DNA from: Candidatus Poribacteria bacterium
Lineage (GTDB): Bacteria; Poribacteria; WGA-4E; WGA-3G
Reading direction: 5' to 3'
DNA: 64,000 nucleotides
Assembly (NCBI GenBank): GCA_965215265.1
Contig: OZ244048.1
Coordinates: 320,001 to 384,000, forward strand
Under the pieces are notes generated by a model. That model saw nothing but the letters and a program-made list of their open reading frames with translations. It was not told where the DNA came from and did not search any database. This document shows, in pieces, positions 47,955 through 56,908 of the stretch (the first letter of the stretch is position 1; each line of letters begins with the position of its first letter). The position numbers were made by a program, and so were the translations under genes.

Positions 47955-49880
47955 ATGGAACAAACAAGAGCCAAAGGCGTTACAGGTTTTGAAGCACAGC
48001 GTTCTGAACTAAAAGGAGCTGCAAAGTGGATTTTTGAAATCGGCGCGGTCGGTTTCGTCTTCTTTTATCTCTATAGTGCCGGTTTTGGCAGTGCCGGTGA
48101 ACAGTACCACCTCGGTTTCTATCTGCTGGGGACGTTTGTGCTAATCGGCATACTCTACAAGTTTCGGCCGGAATCCCCTACTACTCGCCCATCTCTATTT
48201 GATATAGGGTTGATTGCACTGAGCGTCGCTTCCATCGGTTATTGGATTGTAGAATACACTGCTTTGGCATATCGTGCCGGGAACTATACCGCGTTGGATA
48301 TCGGGATGGGTGCGCTCGCGCTCGTCATTAGTCTTGAAGCGAGCCGGCGCACCGTCGGCTGGGGGTTACCGGTTATCGCAGCGGTTTGCATCCTCTACGC
48401 GCTCTTTGGCCGCTCTATGCCGGATGCTATTGCACACAAAGGTTTTACACTGTCGCGCATTATCGAGTACTGCTTTTTTAGTCAAGCAGGTATCTTCGGA
48501 ATCATGGCGAATGTGATGGCGACGTATGTGATACTCTTCATTTTCTTCGGTGCGTTCTTAGAGAAATCCGGTGTTGGACAATTTTTTATTAATCTGCCGA
48601 TGTCACTTACGGGAAAATCGATTGGCGGTGCAGCGAAAGTTTCAGTGATTACGTCTGGTTTTTTTGGCTCTGTTGCAGGAAGTGCAATCGCGAACACAGT
48701 AGCGACCGGCGCGTTTACGATACCGTTGATGAAGCGAACCGGCTTCCGCCCACACATCGCAGGGGCAGTTGAGGCATCTGCCTCAGTTGGCGGTCAGTTC
48801 CTACCGCCGGTGATGGGGGCAGGCGCGTTTTTGATGGCAGAACGGACAGGACTCCCCTACAGTCAAATTGCCCTTTTATCTATTGTACCCGCAATACTCT
48901 ATTTCTTATCCGTTTGGGTAATGGTACACTTTGAGGCGAAAAAACAACAGCTAGAAAGCATCCCTGCAGAAGAAATCCCCAAGCTTTTACCGTTGCTCAA
49001 AAACGGGTGGTATTACTTATTGCCATTGCTGACGCTAATAAGTATCCTTATCGCCCGGTATACCGCCTATAAAGCCGCATTTTTCTCGATCCTTGTCACA
49101 ATCGGCGTAAGTTATTTCCGGTCCGACACACGGTTAACACTCAAACGCCTCTGGGAAGCCATGATCATAGGCGGGAAGAATTCGCTCGCCATCGGCGGTG
49201 CTGTCGGTACCATTGGCATCATCGTCGCTGTTATAGACTTAACAGGCTTAGGGCGGATTTTTCCGGAGCTCGTTCTATCTGTCGCAGGTGATAATCGGGC
49301 GATCGCCGTGCTCCTTCTGGCCGCAGCTTCATTAATTTTGGGAATGGGTATTCCGGTCACTGCAGCCTACTTGATTACCTCTGAGCTTGCTGTTCCGATT
49401 CTCATTTCTCCTGAAATGGGTGTCTCTGTCATCGGGGCACATCTGATTATCTTCTGGCTTAGCCAAGATTCTAATATAACGCCGCCTGTTGCTTTAGGTG
49501 CTTATGCCGGTGCCGCTATTGCACGTGCGGATCCATGGAAAACCGGCTGGGCATGCTTTAAGTTCGCCAAACTCTTATACGTTATGCCGCTGCTGTTCGC
49601 CTATACCCATATCTTGTTCGACGGAACGCTCGTTCAAAACACTTTGTCTGTCGTGACAGCTGTTGTCGGAACCGTCATCTTTTCGATGGTAACGATGGGG
49701 TATTTTGTGCAAAAGACAAAATGGTACGAGTGGTGCCTCTTGGCACTTTCTGCGTTCCTCGCGTACATCTATAACATCTGGTCTTTCATGATTGCCGTAG
49801 CCATAGTCACTGTCATCTATTTTGTTCAAAAAAAACGAGAAGTGTCAATCCGCGGCAATGGCGGGAACACAGCGATATAG
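47955..49880 (+). CDS. TRAP transporter 4TM/12TM fusion permease
   Basis: GGAG SD before ATG 47955; GSAIAN, TIPLMKRTG, EASASVGGQFLPPVMGAGAF, ITPPVAL. Confidence 0.94.
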   Translation: MEQTRAKGVTGFEAQRSELKGAAKWIFEIGAVGFVFFYLYSAGFGSAGEQYHLGFYLLGTFVLIGILYKFRPESPTTRPSLFDIGLIALSVASIGYWIVEYTALAYRAGNYTALDIGMGALALVISLEASRRTVGWGLPVIAAVCILYALFGRSMPDAIAHKGFTLSRIIEYCFFSQAGIFGIMANVMATYVILFIFFGAFLEKSGVGQFFINLPMSLTGKSIGGAAKVSVITSGFFGSVAGSAIANTVATGAFTIPLMKRTGFRPHIAGAVEASASVGGQFLPPVMGAGAFLMAERTGLPYSQIALLSIVPAILYFLSVWVMVHFEAKKQQLESIPAEEIPKLLPLLKNGWYYLLPLLTLISILIARYTAYKAAFFSILVTIGVSYFRSDTRLTLKRLWEAMIIGGKNSLAIGGAVGTIGIIVAVIDLTGLGRIFPELVLSVAGDNRAIAVLLLAAASLILGMGIPVTAAYLITSELAVPILISPEMGVSVIGAHLIIFWLSQDSNITPPVALGAYAGAAIARADPWKTGWACFKFAKLLYVMPLLFAYTHILFDGTLVQNTLSVVTAVVGTVIFSMVTMGYFVQKTKWYEWCLLALSAFLAYIYNIWSFMIAVAIVTVIYFVQKKREVSIRGNGGNTAI

Positions 49881-49894
49881 TAAGTTCTCATGGC

Positions 49895-50797
49895 TCATCG
49901 CTCATCGACAATTTCCTGAAGTCGCTGTAAAATATTTTCAGCAGCGAGGCGGGCTGTCCGATCATTAAATTCCTCTACCGCTTTTCCAGCACGATAGGGG
50001 TTTCCTTGATAGTAACGTGCAAAAATATAGGTTGCCCACAAAATAGCATCAATGTAGTGCCCATCTAATATAGCATCAACGGTAACAAATCCGAGTGCCC
50101 CGTTTAGGATAAGTGCATTTAACCCGTCTTGCCAATTTCCAGCGTAGACCTGGCCTGCTCCAGGCAAGATTGCTGATAGCAGCTTTGCCAATTTAACAGA
50201 TTTTCGTGGGGCATTGCGGGCTTGCTCAAAAAGTAACCGAAGCCTTCCGTCGTTAGTGTAGACTTGCAATGCCTCGTGTGCTTCTCCCAACCGAAACTGG
50301 TAAAGGTAAGCGATGCCTTCCAAGAACCGTGCTCGCTGATATAGCGCCGCCGAAGGTTTCCGCATCCTCATTTTTATCAATTCAAGTACGCCAAGATCGT
50401 AATTTCCACTGGCAATTAGTATGACAGCCAGCTCTAATTGTCGTTCCGATTTCTCTACTTCATTCGTAGTGTATTGGAACGCGGTGCGCATCGCAGCAAT
50501 TGCCTCTGGCCACATTCTCTGTGCCCGGTAAGCAAACCCGATGTTGCGGTACGCTTCTCCTACGCTTACATTATCAGGCTGGAAGAAGAGGAAACGTTTA
50601 TACTCAGTGATGGCAGCGTCATAGTTACCCAGGAAAAAAAAATGGTCACCGAGGGCTAAGGGTGTCTCTGCAGCTTTGGGTAAATTCTGCTGTTCTGCGT
50701 TTATACTGAAACAGCAAAACAGCGAAAAGAGTATGAATATGAAGAAGAGAGGGAATACCGGTTGTTTTAAGAGCACCAGGGCACTAGTTTTTCTCAT
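49895..50797 (-). CDS. TPR protein with C-terminal TM2/DUF5683-like hydrophobic domain
   Basis: Signal peptide; AITEYKRFLFF TPR; LSAILPGAGQVYAG; paralog of 54273..55157. Confidence 0.85.
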   Translation of the reverse strand: MRKTSALVLLKQPVFPLFFIFILFSLFCCFSINAEQQNLPKAAETPLALGDHFFFLGNYDAAITEYKRFLFFQPDNVSVGEAYRNIGFAYRAQRMWPEAIAAMRTAFQYTTNEVEKSERQLELAVILIASGNYDLGVLELIKMRMRKPSAALYQRARFLEGIAYLYQFRLGEAHEALQVYTNDGRLRLLFEQARNAPRKSVKLAKLLSAILPGAGQVYAGNWQDGLNALILNGALGFVTVDAILDGHYIDAILWATYIFARYYQGNPYRAGKAVEEFNDRTARLAAENILQRLQEIVDER

Positions 50798-50861
50798 CCC
50801 TTTATGATATATGATTTAGTTTGCTTTCGGCAGTGTTTAAACTGTAGTAAGGATCTGATTC

Positions 50862-51215
50862 TCATCCTAGTGTCTCCGCTTCAGTTAGAGGGTGCCATTC
50901 GCATCGATAAAACTCAAAATCCTCTAGTGTGGGTTCAAGGGTTGCCTTGCTAGCTAGCTCTGTTACTCGTTTCTGTAACTTCACAATTAACATCACATCC
51001 CCGATTTCCAGATCTGCCTGTTCGCGAGACACTGCAATTTCGACATTTGTCAACCCCTTGATTAGGCGAGCCGTTTCGGGATAACCGATATAACTCCGGA
51101 AGTTCGCCGCTGCATCGGCATCCTTCAACATGGTGCAAAATTCAGAACGTGAAATCTGTTTCAGGGTATATTGTCCCTCAGTAGGCATAACAGCGGCATT
51201 AAGTAATAGAATCAT
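50862..51215 (-). CDS. DUF1874 (STIV B116 / YddF / AcrIII-1-Crn2)-like protein
   Basis: 117 aa; LLN...IS..EF...SYIGYPETA.LI..L....I.VSR...L..GD..L..L..R...FEFY pattern. Confidence 0.75.
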   Translation of the reverse strand: MILLLNAAVMPTEGQYTLKQISRSEFCTMLKDADAAANFRSYIGYPETARLIKGLTNVEIAVSREQADLEIGDVMLIVKLQKRVTELASKATLEPTLEDFEFYRCEWHPLTEAETLG

Positions 51216-51264
51216 TTTTTATTAGGTTGAGCGAGCATTATATGCAAATTAGCTTGATAGCTTA

Positions 51265-51293
51265 AGTATACCACAAGTCTGTTGGGATTTCAA
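51265..51293 (-). promoter_or_regulatory. sigma70-type promoter of the DUF1874 gene
   Basis: TTGAAA-17 nt-TATACT with TG extension. Confidence 0.65.
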
Positions 51294-51414
51294 GTTTTTT
51301 TAATTGCCTGGGAATCCAGAGATATAAAGAGCTCTAAATTTCGGCGAACTTTTTTCGCCGCTGCGTGTGTACTTATAATAAATTTATTCCAATCTTTAAT
51401 AGACGCTACAATCG

Positions 51415-52035
51415 ATGGAAACAAATCCAATTTTAAATTCAATGACTTTTATAAAAAAACGGATAAAAACCCTATTTACTGCCCAAGCCTCTAAGCCCGC
51501 ACGGTTAGCCGAGATTAAACTCTCCCGCTTAACACCATTTCAACGTGCGCTGCTCGTTACCGATGGTACCGTAACGCGTTTTATTGAGGCGTACACATTC
51601 TCACCGGTCGAAGTTGTCCTGCTGCACCAAGCACAAGAGACGTTATGTGCTGAGCACGTCTGGCTTGAGCTGCCAACAGACACCCAGATCCTTAAGCGGC
51701 AAGTCGTACTACAGACACCGGCCACGAACAGCCACGCACCAAGAATTCATGCATACGCAGCATCGCAAATTGTCACCGAGCGATTGCCAAAAAGCATTTT
51801 GGATGGATTAGAATCCGGTATTGAAGGTGTCGGGATGCTTTTGAAAAAGAGCATGATAGAAACACGCCGGAACCTTTTATGGTGGGGTGTTGAACACGAT
51901 GTAGATTTGCCTAAGTCCATCCAGCATCTTGAAACAGAACCACTTCTCAGCCGTACCTACAACGTCATTGCAGAGGGGCTGCCTATCATGCTGATCACCG
52001 AAAAATTTCCACTTGATGAACCTGTTCCGGTTTGA
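51415..52035 (+). CDS. Chorismate pyruvate-lyase family protein (DUF98/Rv2949c-like)
   Basis: QRALLVTDGTVT..IEAY, RQVVL, YAAS, SRTY, ITEKFP. Confidence 0.85.
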   Translation: METNPILNSMTFIKKRIKTLFTAQASKPARLAEIKLSRLTPFQRALLVTDGTVTRFIEAYTFSPVEVVLLHQAQETLCAEHVWLELPTDTQILKRQVVLQTPATNSHAPRIHAYAASQIVTERLPKSILDGLESGIEGVGMLLKKSMIETRRNLLWWGVEHDVDLPKSIQHLETEPLLSRTYNVIAEGLPIMLITEKFPLDEPVPV

Positions 52036-52228
52036 TGATGCACCGAAATAACTTGCGGCGATGCGTTAGACATCCGGCATTTTAGCCTGAAGAGCACTGT
52101 GATGGACAAGCGAGATAAAGAGCAGTTCATAAATCGTATAAACGGCTGTGGTTTTTGGATAAATACGCTATAGAGGAAAGCCCATGGATTGGCAAATGGC
52201 AGCTTGGGTTATAATGAACACTGTTCAC

Positions 52229-52277
52229 TCCCGAATAGCATATTTTCCTTGAAAAGTTTTGCTATTTGGGATATCAT
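52229..52277 (+). promoter_or_regulatory. mod promoter embedded in an inverted repeat
   Basis: TTGAAA(52249)-17 nt-TATCAT; arms TCCCGAATAGCA (52229-40) and TGCTATTTGGGA (52260-71). Confidence 0.55.
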
Positions 52278-52337
52278 TAATACTTAAATGATGCTGGAAA
52301 ACAGCTTGAACACCCACTGAAAATAAGGAGATCTCTT

Positions 52338-53486
52338 TTGGCAATACAAACGCAATTCACTACTTCCGAACCCAGCGAATCCGTTGAAAACTATGAATTT
52401 GAACCCATCCAAGGCTACCCGAGGCTCAGCTGGAAAGGAAAGCGCCCGTTCCGCGCTACCCAATACTATCCCGCCCAACTCAAAGAGACACACGGCGAGA
52501 AAGTCAACGACTGGCGAAATAAAATCTATTGGGGGGATAACCTACAAGTCATGAGCCACCTGCTCAAGACATACCGCGGCAAGATGAAACTGATTTACAT
52601 AGATCCGCCGTTTGACTCGAAAGCTGACTATAAGAAAAAAATAGAGCTGAAGGGGAAAAAGGTAGAGAACGACCGCACCGCTTTTGAAGAGAAACAGTAC
52701 ACGGACATCTGGACGAATGATGAATACCTCCAATTCATGTATGAACGGTTGATTCTACTACGCGAATTGCTATCGGATAATGGGTCCATCTACCTGCATT
52801 GTGATTGGCGAATGAATAGTTATCTTAGGTTAGTGTTGGACGAAATTTTTGGCAAGGATAAATTTCGGAATGAGATTATATGGAAGAAATATTCAGGAGT
52901 AAAAAATCAATCTTCCAGAAAATTTACTACGCAGACAGATACAATTTTTTGGTATGTGAAAAGTGAGAGTGCAATTTTTAATCAACAGTACAAACCTTTA
53001 AGTGATAATTATATAAAACAAGAATATAAGTACGTAGATGCAGATGGTAGGAGATATGCAAAATTGAGAGGACGGGGTTATCAAAATAAAAAAGGGGAGA
53101 CAAGCGTAAAATATCTAGATGAAAATCCAGGGATACCAGCTACAAGTCTATGGGATGAAGATGGATTACAGTTAAACACATCTACTTCAGAAAGGATAGG
53201 CTACCCTACCCAAAAGCCTGAAGCACTTCTTGAACGTATCATCAAAGTGTCATCCAATCCCGGAGATCTTGTCTTCGACTGCTTCATGGGCAGCGGCACT
53301 ACGCAAGCGGTTGCGATGAAACTCGGCCGCCGGTTCATCGGCGCTGACATCAACCTCGGCGCCGTCGAGACTACCTCAAAACGCATCATAAATCTCGCAG
53401 CAAACATTGAACAGAACACACGTCAACAGAAAATTGACTTTGAAGCGGAAAAAATCGAAAATACCCCCCCCCTTCTTATGTGTTAA
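52338..53486 (+). CDS. Type III R-M Mod-like adenine methyltransferase, N-terminal catalytic part
   Basis: AAGGAG SD + TTG; GDNL, LIYIDPPF, FRNEIIW, YPTQKPEALLERII, DCFMGSGTT; stops just after the C9 tract. Confidence 0.92.
   Translation: MAIQTQFTTSEPSESVENYEFEPIQGYPRLSWKGKRPFRATQYYPAQLKETHGEKVNDWRNKIYWGDNLQVMSHLLKTYRGKMKLIYIDPPFDSKADYKKKIELKGKKVENDRTAFEEKQYTDIWTNDEYLQFMYERLILLRELLSDNGSIYLHCDWRMNSYLRLVLDEIFGKDKFRNEIIWKKYSGVKNQSSRKFTTQTDTIFWYVKSESAIFNQQYKPLSDNYIKQEYKYVDADGRRYAKLRGRGYQNKKGETSVKYLDENPGIPATSLWDEDGLQLNTSTSERIGYPTQKPEALLERIIKVSSNPGDLVFDCFMGSGTTQAVAMKLGRRFIGADINLGAVETTSKRIINLAANIEQNTRQQKIDFEAEKIENTPPLLMC
53464..53472 (+). repeat. C9 homopolymer at the frameshift
   Basis: C10 would give one 615-aa ORF 52338..54184. 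Confidence 0.9.
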
Positions 53487-54184
53487 GTTCTTATACAGGA
53501 TTTGAGGTGTATAACGTCAATCACTACGACGTATTCCGCAATCCTATTGAGGCAAAAGCACTCCTCATCGAGGCACTGGAAATACAGCCCATGCCTTCCA
53601 GTGCAATATACGACGGCGAAAAAGACGGACACCTCGTCAAAATCATGCCTATCAATCGCATTGCTACTCGCGCTGACATCAACGAACTCATCGCAGGATT
53701 AGATTACAAAACTTTTGAGAAACGCCAAGAACAACACCCTACCCGTCCCGTCGAAAAGTTGTTGCTCGTCTGTATGGGACATGAACCTGACCTCGCCGCC
53801 GCGTTGCAAAGTGAAGTGCCTTACAAACTTGACATAGAAGTGATGGATATCCTGCGTGACAAATCCGGGTTAGCGTTCAAACGCGAATCCGAAGCGAATA
53901 TCGTTCGTAGCAACGGCCAAGTCAGCATAGAGCAGTTCTACCCAATGAACCTGCTCGAGAAGTTAAGTCTGATGAAAGAGCACGTTGAAGACTGGCGTGA
54001 ATTGGTCGAATCGGTGAAAGTTGACTTTAACTACGACGGTGCGGTGCTGAATCCGTCGGTGGTAGATGTGCCGGAAAAAGAGGGGTGGGTCAAAGGGGCT
54101 TACCGCATCCCTAAAGACGCAGGCATAATCCGCGTAAAAATTACCGATCTGTTATCAGAATCTCTCGAAGTGACAGTGGAATGA
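53480..54184 (+). CDS. Type III Mod-like methyltransferase, C-terminal part (frameshifted)
   Basis: GFEVYNVNHY...DWRELVESV..DFNYDG...VKITDLL; frame open back to the C9 tract. Confidence 0.85.
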   Translation: MLSSYTGFEVYNVNHYDVFRNPIEAKALLIEALEIQPMPSSAIYDGEKDGHLVKIMPINRIATRADINELIAGLDYKTFEKRQEQHPTRPVEKLLLVCMGHEPDLAAALQSEVPYKLDIEVMDILRDKSGLAFKRESEANIVRSNGQVSIEQFYPMNLLEKLSLMKEHVEDWRELVESVKVDFNYDGAVLNPSVVDVPEKEGWVKGAYRIPKDAGIIRVKITDLLSESLEVTVE

Positions 54185-54272
54185 CGCGTCTATGGCGAAT
54201 TCGGCAGGTCATATTAGTTCGCTTGACACCTATAAGCTGTAAAGTTTTCATATACTCACGAAATGAGACAGT

Positions 54273-55157
54273 TTAATACAGAAATTCTATTGACAACGTT
54301 GTCAAAAATTCGTTTTCTACCTCACGATTGTAAACTTGCGCTGAGATAATCGAACCGTAGATATTGCCCAGATAGAAAATTCCCCCGATGGTTCCTAAGC
54401 TCCATCCCTTTACGGATGCGATGCCATCTCTGCGGAATCCGTCGTAAGCCTGCCACCCTGTTACCCCGACAATTAGCAAACTGGTAATTGCATCGCCGGT
54501 GCGCCCGGTGTAAAGTCTTCCGCTCCCCGGCAGCACTGTTGAAAAAAGTCCTGCCAAAAACGGGCTGCGGGTGGGAAGCCGGGTGCCCTGTTCCGCATAA
54601 TCTAGATATAACGTTGCCTTAGACCGAACCTCTGCGAGATCCGATTCTTGCAATTTCTTGAAAACCTCACTTGCCTCCGGCCACTTCTTCCGCATCAGGT
54701 AAGAGAGACCTATGAGTTGTTCTGATTCAGAGCGATATCGCACATCCACAATGTGCTGCATCGTTTCATGCAGAAATAGTTCTGACTGTTCAAACTGCTC
54801 CAGCAGAAAATAGGAGGCACCAATTTGATAGTAAGCACGGTTTCTTAGTGGACTGTCTGGGTGATTCTTTAAGAGTGCTTCAAAGGCGCGGATTGCTTGT
54901 TCTGACTCGCCCCCTAAGCGATAACAGAAAGCAATTTTATACTGAATGTGTTCACTGTCTTGGGGCTGATAAAAAAGATAGCGTTGATACTCTCCAGCGG
55001 CACGTAGATAATCACCTTCGTCGTATAGAAAATCCGCGAATCGGCGGATGTTCTCTGGAGTGTAGAGGTTAACCGACTCAGCACGCACATCCCCTTGGCT
55101 GAAACATAGGAGCATCAAGAGAAGTTTAGGCAGTACACACAGTGGGATTTTATTCAT
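54273..55157 (-). CDS. TPR protein with C-terminal TM2/DUF5683-like hydrophobic domain
   Basis: Signal peptide; FADFLY..GDY.RA..EYQR TPR; RSPFLAGLFSTVLPGSGRLYTG. Confidence 0.88.
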   Translation of the reverse strand: MNKIPLCVLPKLLLMLLCFSQGDVRAESVNLYTPENIRRFADFLYDEGDYLRAAGEYQRYLFYQPQDSEHIQYKIAFCYRLGGESEQAIRAFEALLKNHPDSPLRNRAYYQIGASYFLLEQFEQSELFLHETMQHIVDVRYRSESEQLIGLSYLMRKKWPEASEVFKKLQESDLAEVRSKATLYLDYAEQGTRLPTRSPFLAGLFSTVLPGSGRLYTGRTGDAITSLLIVGVTGWQAYDGFRRDGIASVKGWSLGTIGGIFYLGNIYGSIISAQVYNREVENEFLTTLSIEFLY

Positions 55158-55591
55158 CGAGCGAAGGACTCCGAGCCATAAGTAGAAACCGGGTCAAGGT
55201 ACTTTCCGGTCGACTCATCTTTATGATAATGCGCAGCTTGCGTGCCGTTGCACCGGAGTAACCTATCAGCCGTGAGCAGTAAACCGCGTAATATCCCATA
55301 TTCTTGGATGGATTCCATTCCGAACCGAGAACAACTCGGGGTGAAATTGCATGTCGGTCCATCTTGGCTAGAGATGAATTTTTGATACAGACGTATGAGC
55401 CCCGTAGCGGCCAATTTCAACTCTGAGCTCTCCCGCAGGTTAAAACGGATAACTTCTTGCTGCTCTGGTGTTATGATAGGGTTAACTTTGCGGATAAAAG
55501 CGAGGTCGCTTGCCTCCTCGGCGAAAGCAGGGAAAACGCAACCGCTAACTATCAAGCAGATTAGGCAGAGAATTGAAGTGTGCATCACCAT
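55154..55591 (-). CDS. YidD-like (membrane protein insertion efficiency factor/haemolytic domain) protein with signal peptide
   Basis: LIRLYQKFIS...CNFTPSCS...G..RG......RLLRCN; N-terminal signal ending AFA. Confidence 0.88.
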   Translation of the reverse strand: MVMHTSILCLICLIVSGCVFPAFAEEASDLAFIRKVNPIITPEQQEVIRFNLRESSELKLAATGLIRLYQKFISSQDGPTCNFTPSCSRFGMESIQEYGILRGLLLTADRLLRCNGTQAAHYHKDESTGKYLDPVSTYGSESFAR

Positions 55592-56367
55592 TTAACCTCT
55601 TTGACTTTTACTGACTCTGGAATTGTGAAATCCAGAATCGGATTTAACGGTTCCTGATTCATCCGTGGATTGCTATAGATGATGTGTTCGTGTTGTAGCA
55701 GTTCTGATTTAGGACCATACAGACTGGACGTGACCTCCATCGGGATATTGTAATTGCCCAGTTTACGATGACGTTGATAGCGCGAACTCGCCGCAAGATT
55801 GCCATCCGGATTTTTAACCTCCGCAGAAATGAGAAAATCATCTCGCATTCTCAGAATCACCGTTCCGAGTTTATCTTTCTCCTCGTCAGGTGGCACCCAA
55901 TGAGTATAAAGTACATCGTCCTTGATATCATGTTTCTCCAAAGAATATCCGACGGCAGTGAGCCCATATTCTGCTTGCGTTGCTTGAAGAATCGCTTCAA
56001 TAAAAGGCAATGGGATCCGGCCTCGCGAGATAAAGCGGAACGCTTCTTTCTGCACAGGGTAATAAATTTCCAAGACTTTGCCCTTGACAATCATAATTTG
56101 CATCAATGGCTCTGTGACTTCAACGACAACCCGTTTCGCTTTTACATCGTAGTGGAGCGTCCCCTCAGTCCTTTCCACTTTACCTTTTTCGGCATCTTTG
56201 ACGTTCAATGGCACCTCTTTTAACTGACGGTTGAAATCCAGAGAGAGGGTTTTTAGGGACGCGGCATGGAGTGAAGAGACGAGGAATGTGAGGAAAAACG
56301 TAATCGGAAGTTGGAAGTTTTTTAACATTTTAATTTTCACGAAATATTTTCTATTTGAATGCGACAT
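55585..56367 (-). CDS. LolA-like outer-membrane lipoprotein carrier-fold protein
   Basis: Signal peptide; DF.R...G.L.Y...EP..Q....G....YYP; C-terminal FTIPESVKV. Confidence 0.65.
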   Translation of the reverse strand: MSHSNRKYFVKIKMLKNFQLPITFFLTFLVSSLHAASLKTLSLDFNRQLKEVPLNVKDAEKGKVERTEGTLHYDVKAKRVVVEVTEPLMQIMIVKGKVLEIYYPVQKEAFRFISRGRIPLPFIEAILQATQAEYGLTAVGYSLEKHDIKDDVLYTHWVPPDEEKDKLGTVILRMRDDFLISAEVKNPDGNLAASSRYQRHRKLGNYNIPMEVTSSLYGPKSELLQHEHIIYSNPRMNQEPLNPILDFTIPESVKVKEVKW

Positions 56368-56683
56368 TTACAATATAGATAAGCCCACTGGCAATTAGTA
56401 TAAAAATCATAAATCCCAAAGCAACAGCCGTAATAAGGCCAATGACTGCCCAACGTCCTTGGAGCCTTCCGAGTCTGGTTTTGTAGCTATCTGTGTAAAA
56501 CGCGGCATATTCCGGCGACTTCCCGAGGAGCCTTGACGCAGGCGGTAACGGCTTATACGCATAAGCAATGAGAATTCCGACTATGTTCCCAAAAAAACCG
56601 ATGAAAAACCACAAAAATTTGTTAACATCTACTTCTGCATCTTGCGAGACAGCAGTTAATGCTGGGCGTTGATCTGAATGCAT
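56351..56683 (-). CDS. Small membrane protein
   Basis: Probable ATG 56683; two hydrophobic segments around P.PP.SRLLGKSPEY. Confidence 0.7.
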   Translation of the reverse strand: MHSDQRPALTAVSQDAEVDVNKFLWFFIGFFGNIVGILIAYAYKPLPPASRLLGKSPEYAAFYTDSYKTRLGRLQGRWAVIGLITAVALGFMIFILIASGLIYIVNVAFK

Positions 56684-56908
56684 CTCTCTGTTCCCTTCTT
56701 TAGACTTACACTGATAAAAAACAGAAAAACCCTTCCACACCGCGGATAAAATCTTTGATAGACATATTATCATGACTTTACCAGAAAAGTCAACTCTCCG
56801 ATCACTGTAAAATTCTAATTATGGTATCTATGCCAAAATTTTCGCGTAACCTATTTTAGAAAATATGCTATAATGGTTTCACATAAATTTCAAAAGCAGG
56901 ATTTGAAG

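Noticed and set aside
54181-54276. Short ORF overlapping the mod stop (ATGA) as a res start
   Set aside because: 31 codons with no similarity I can recognise to Res subunits
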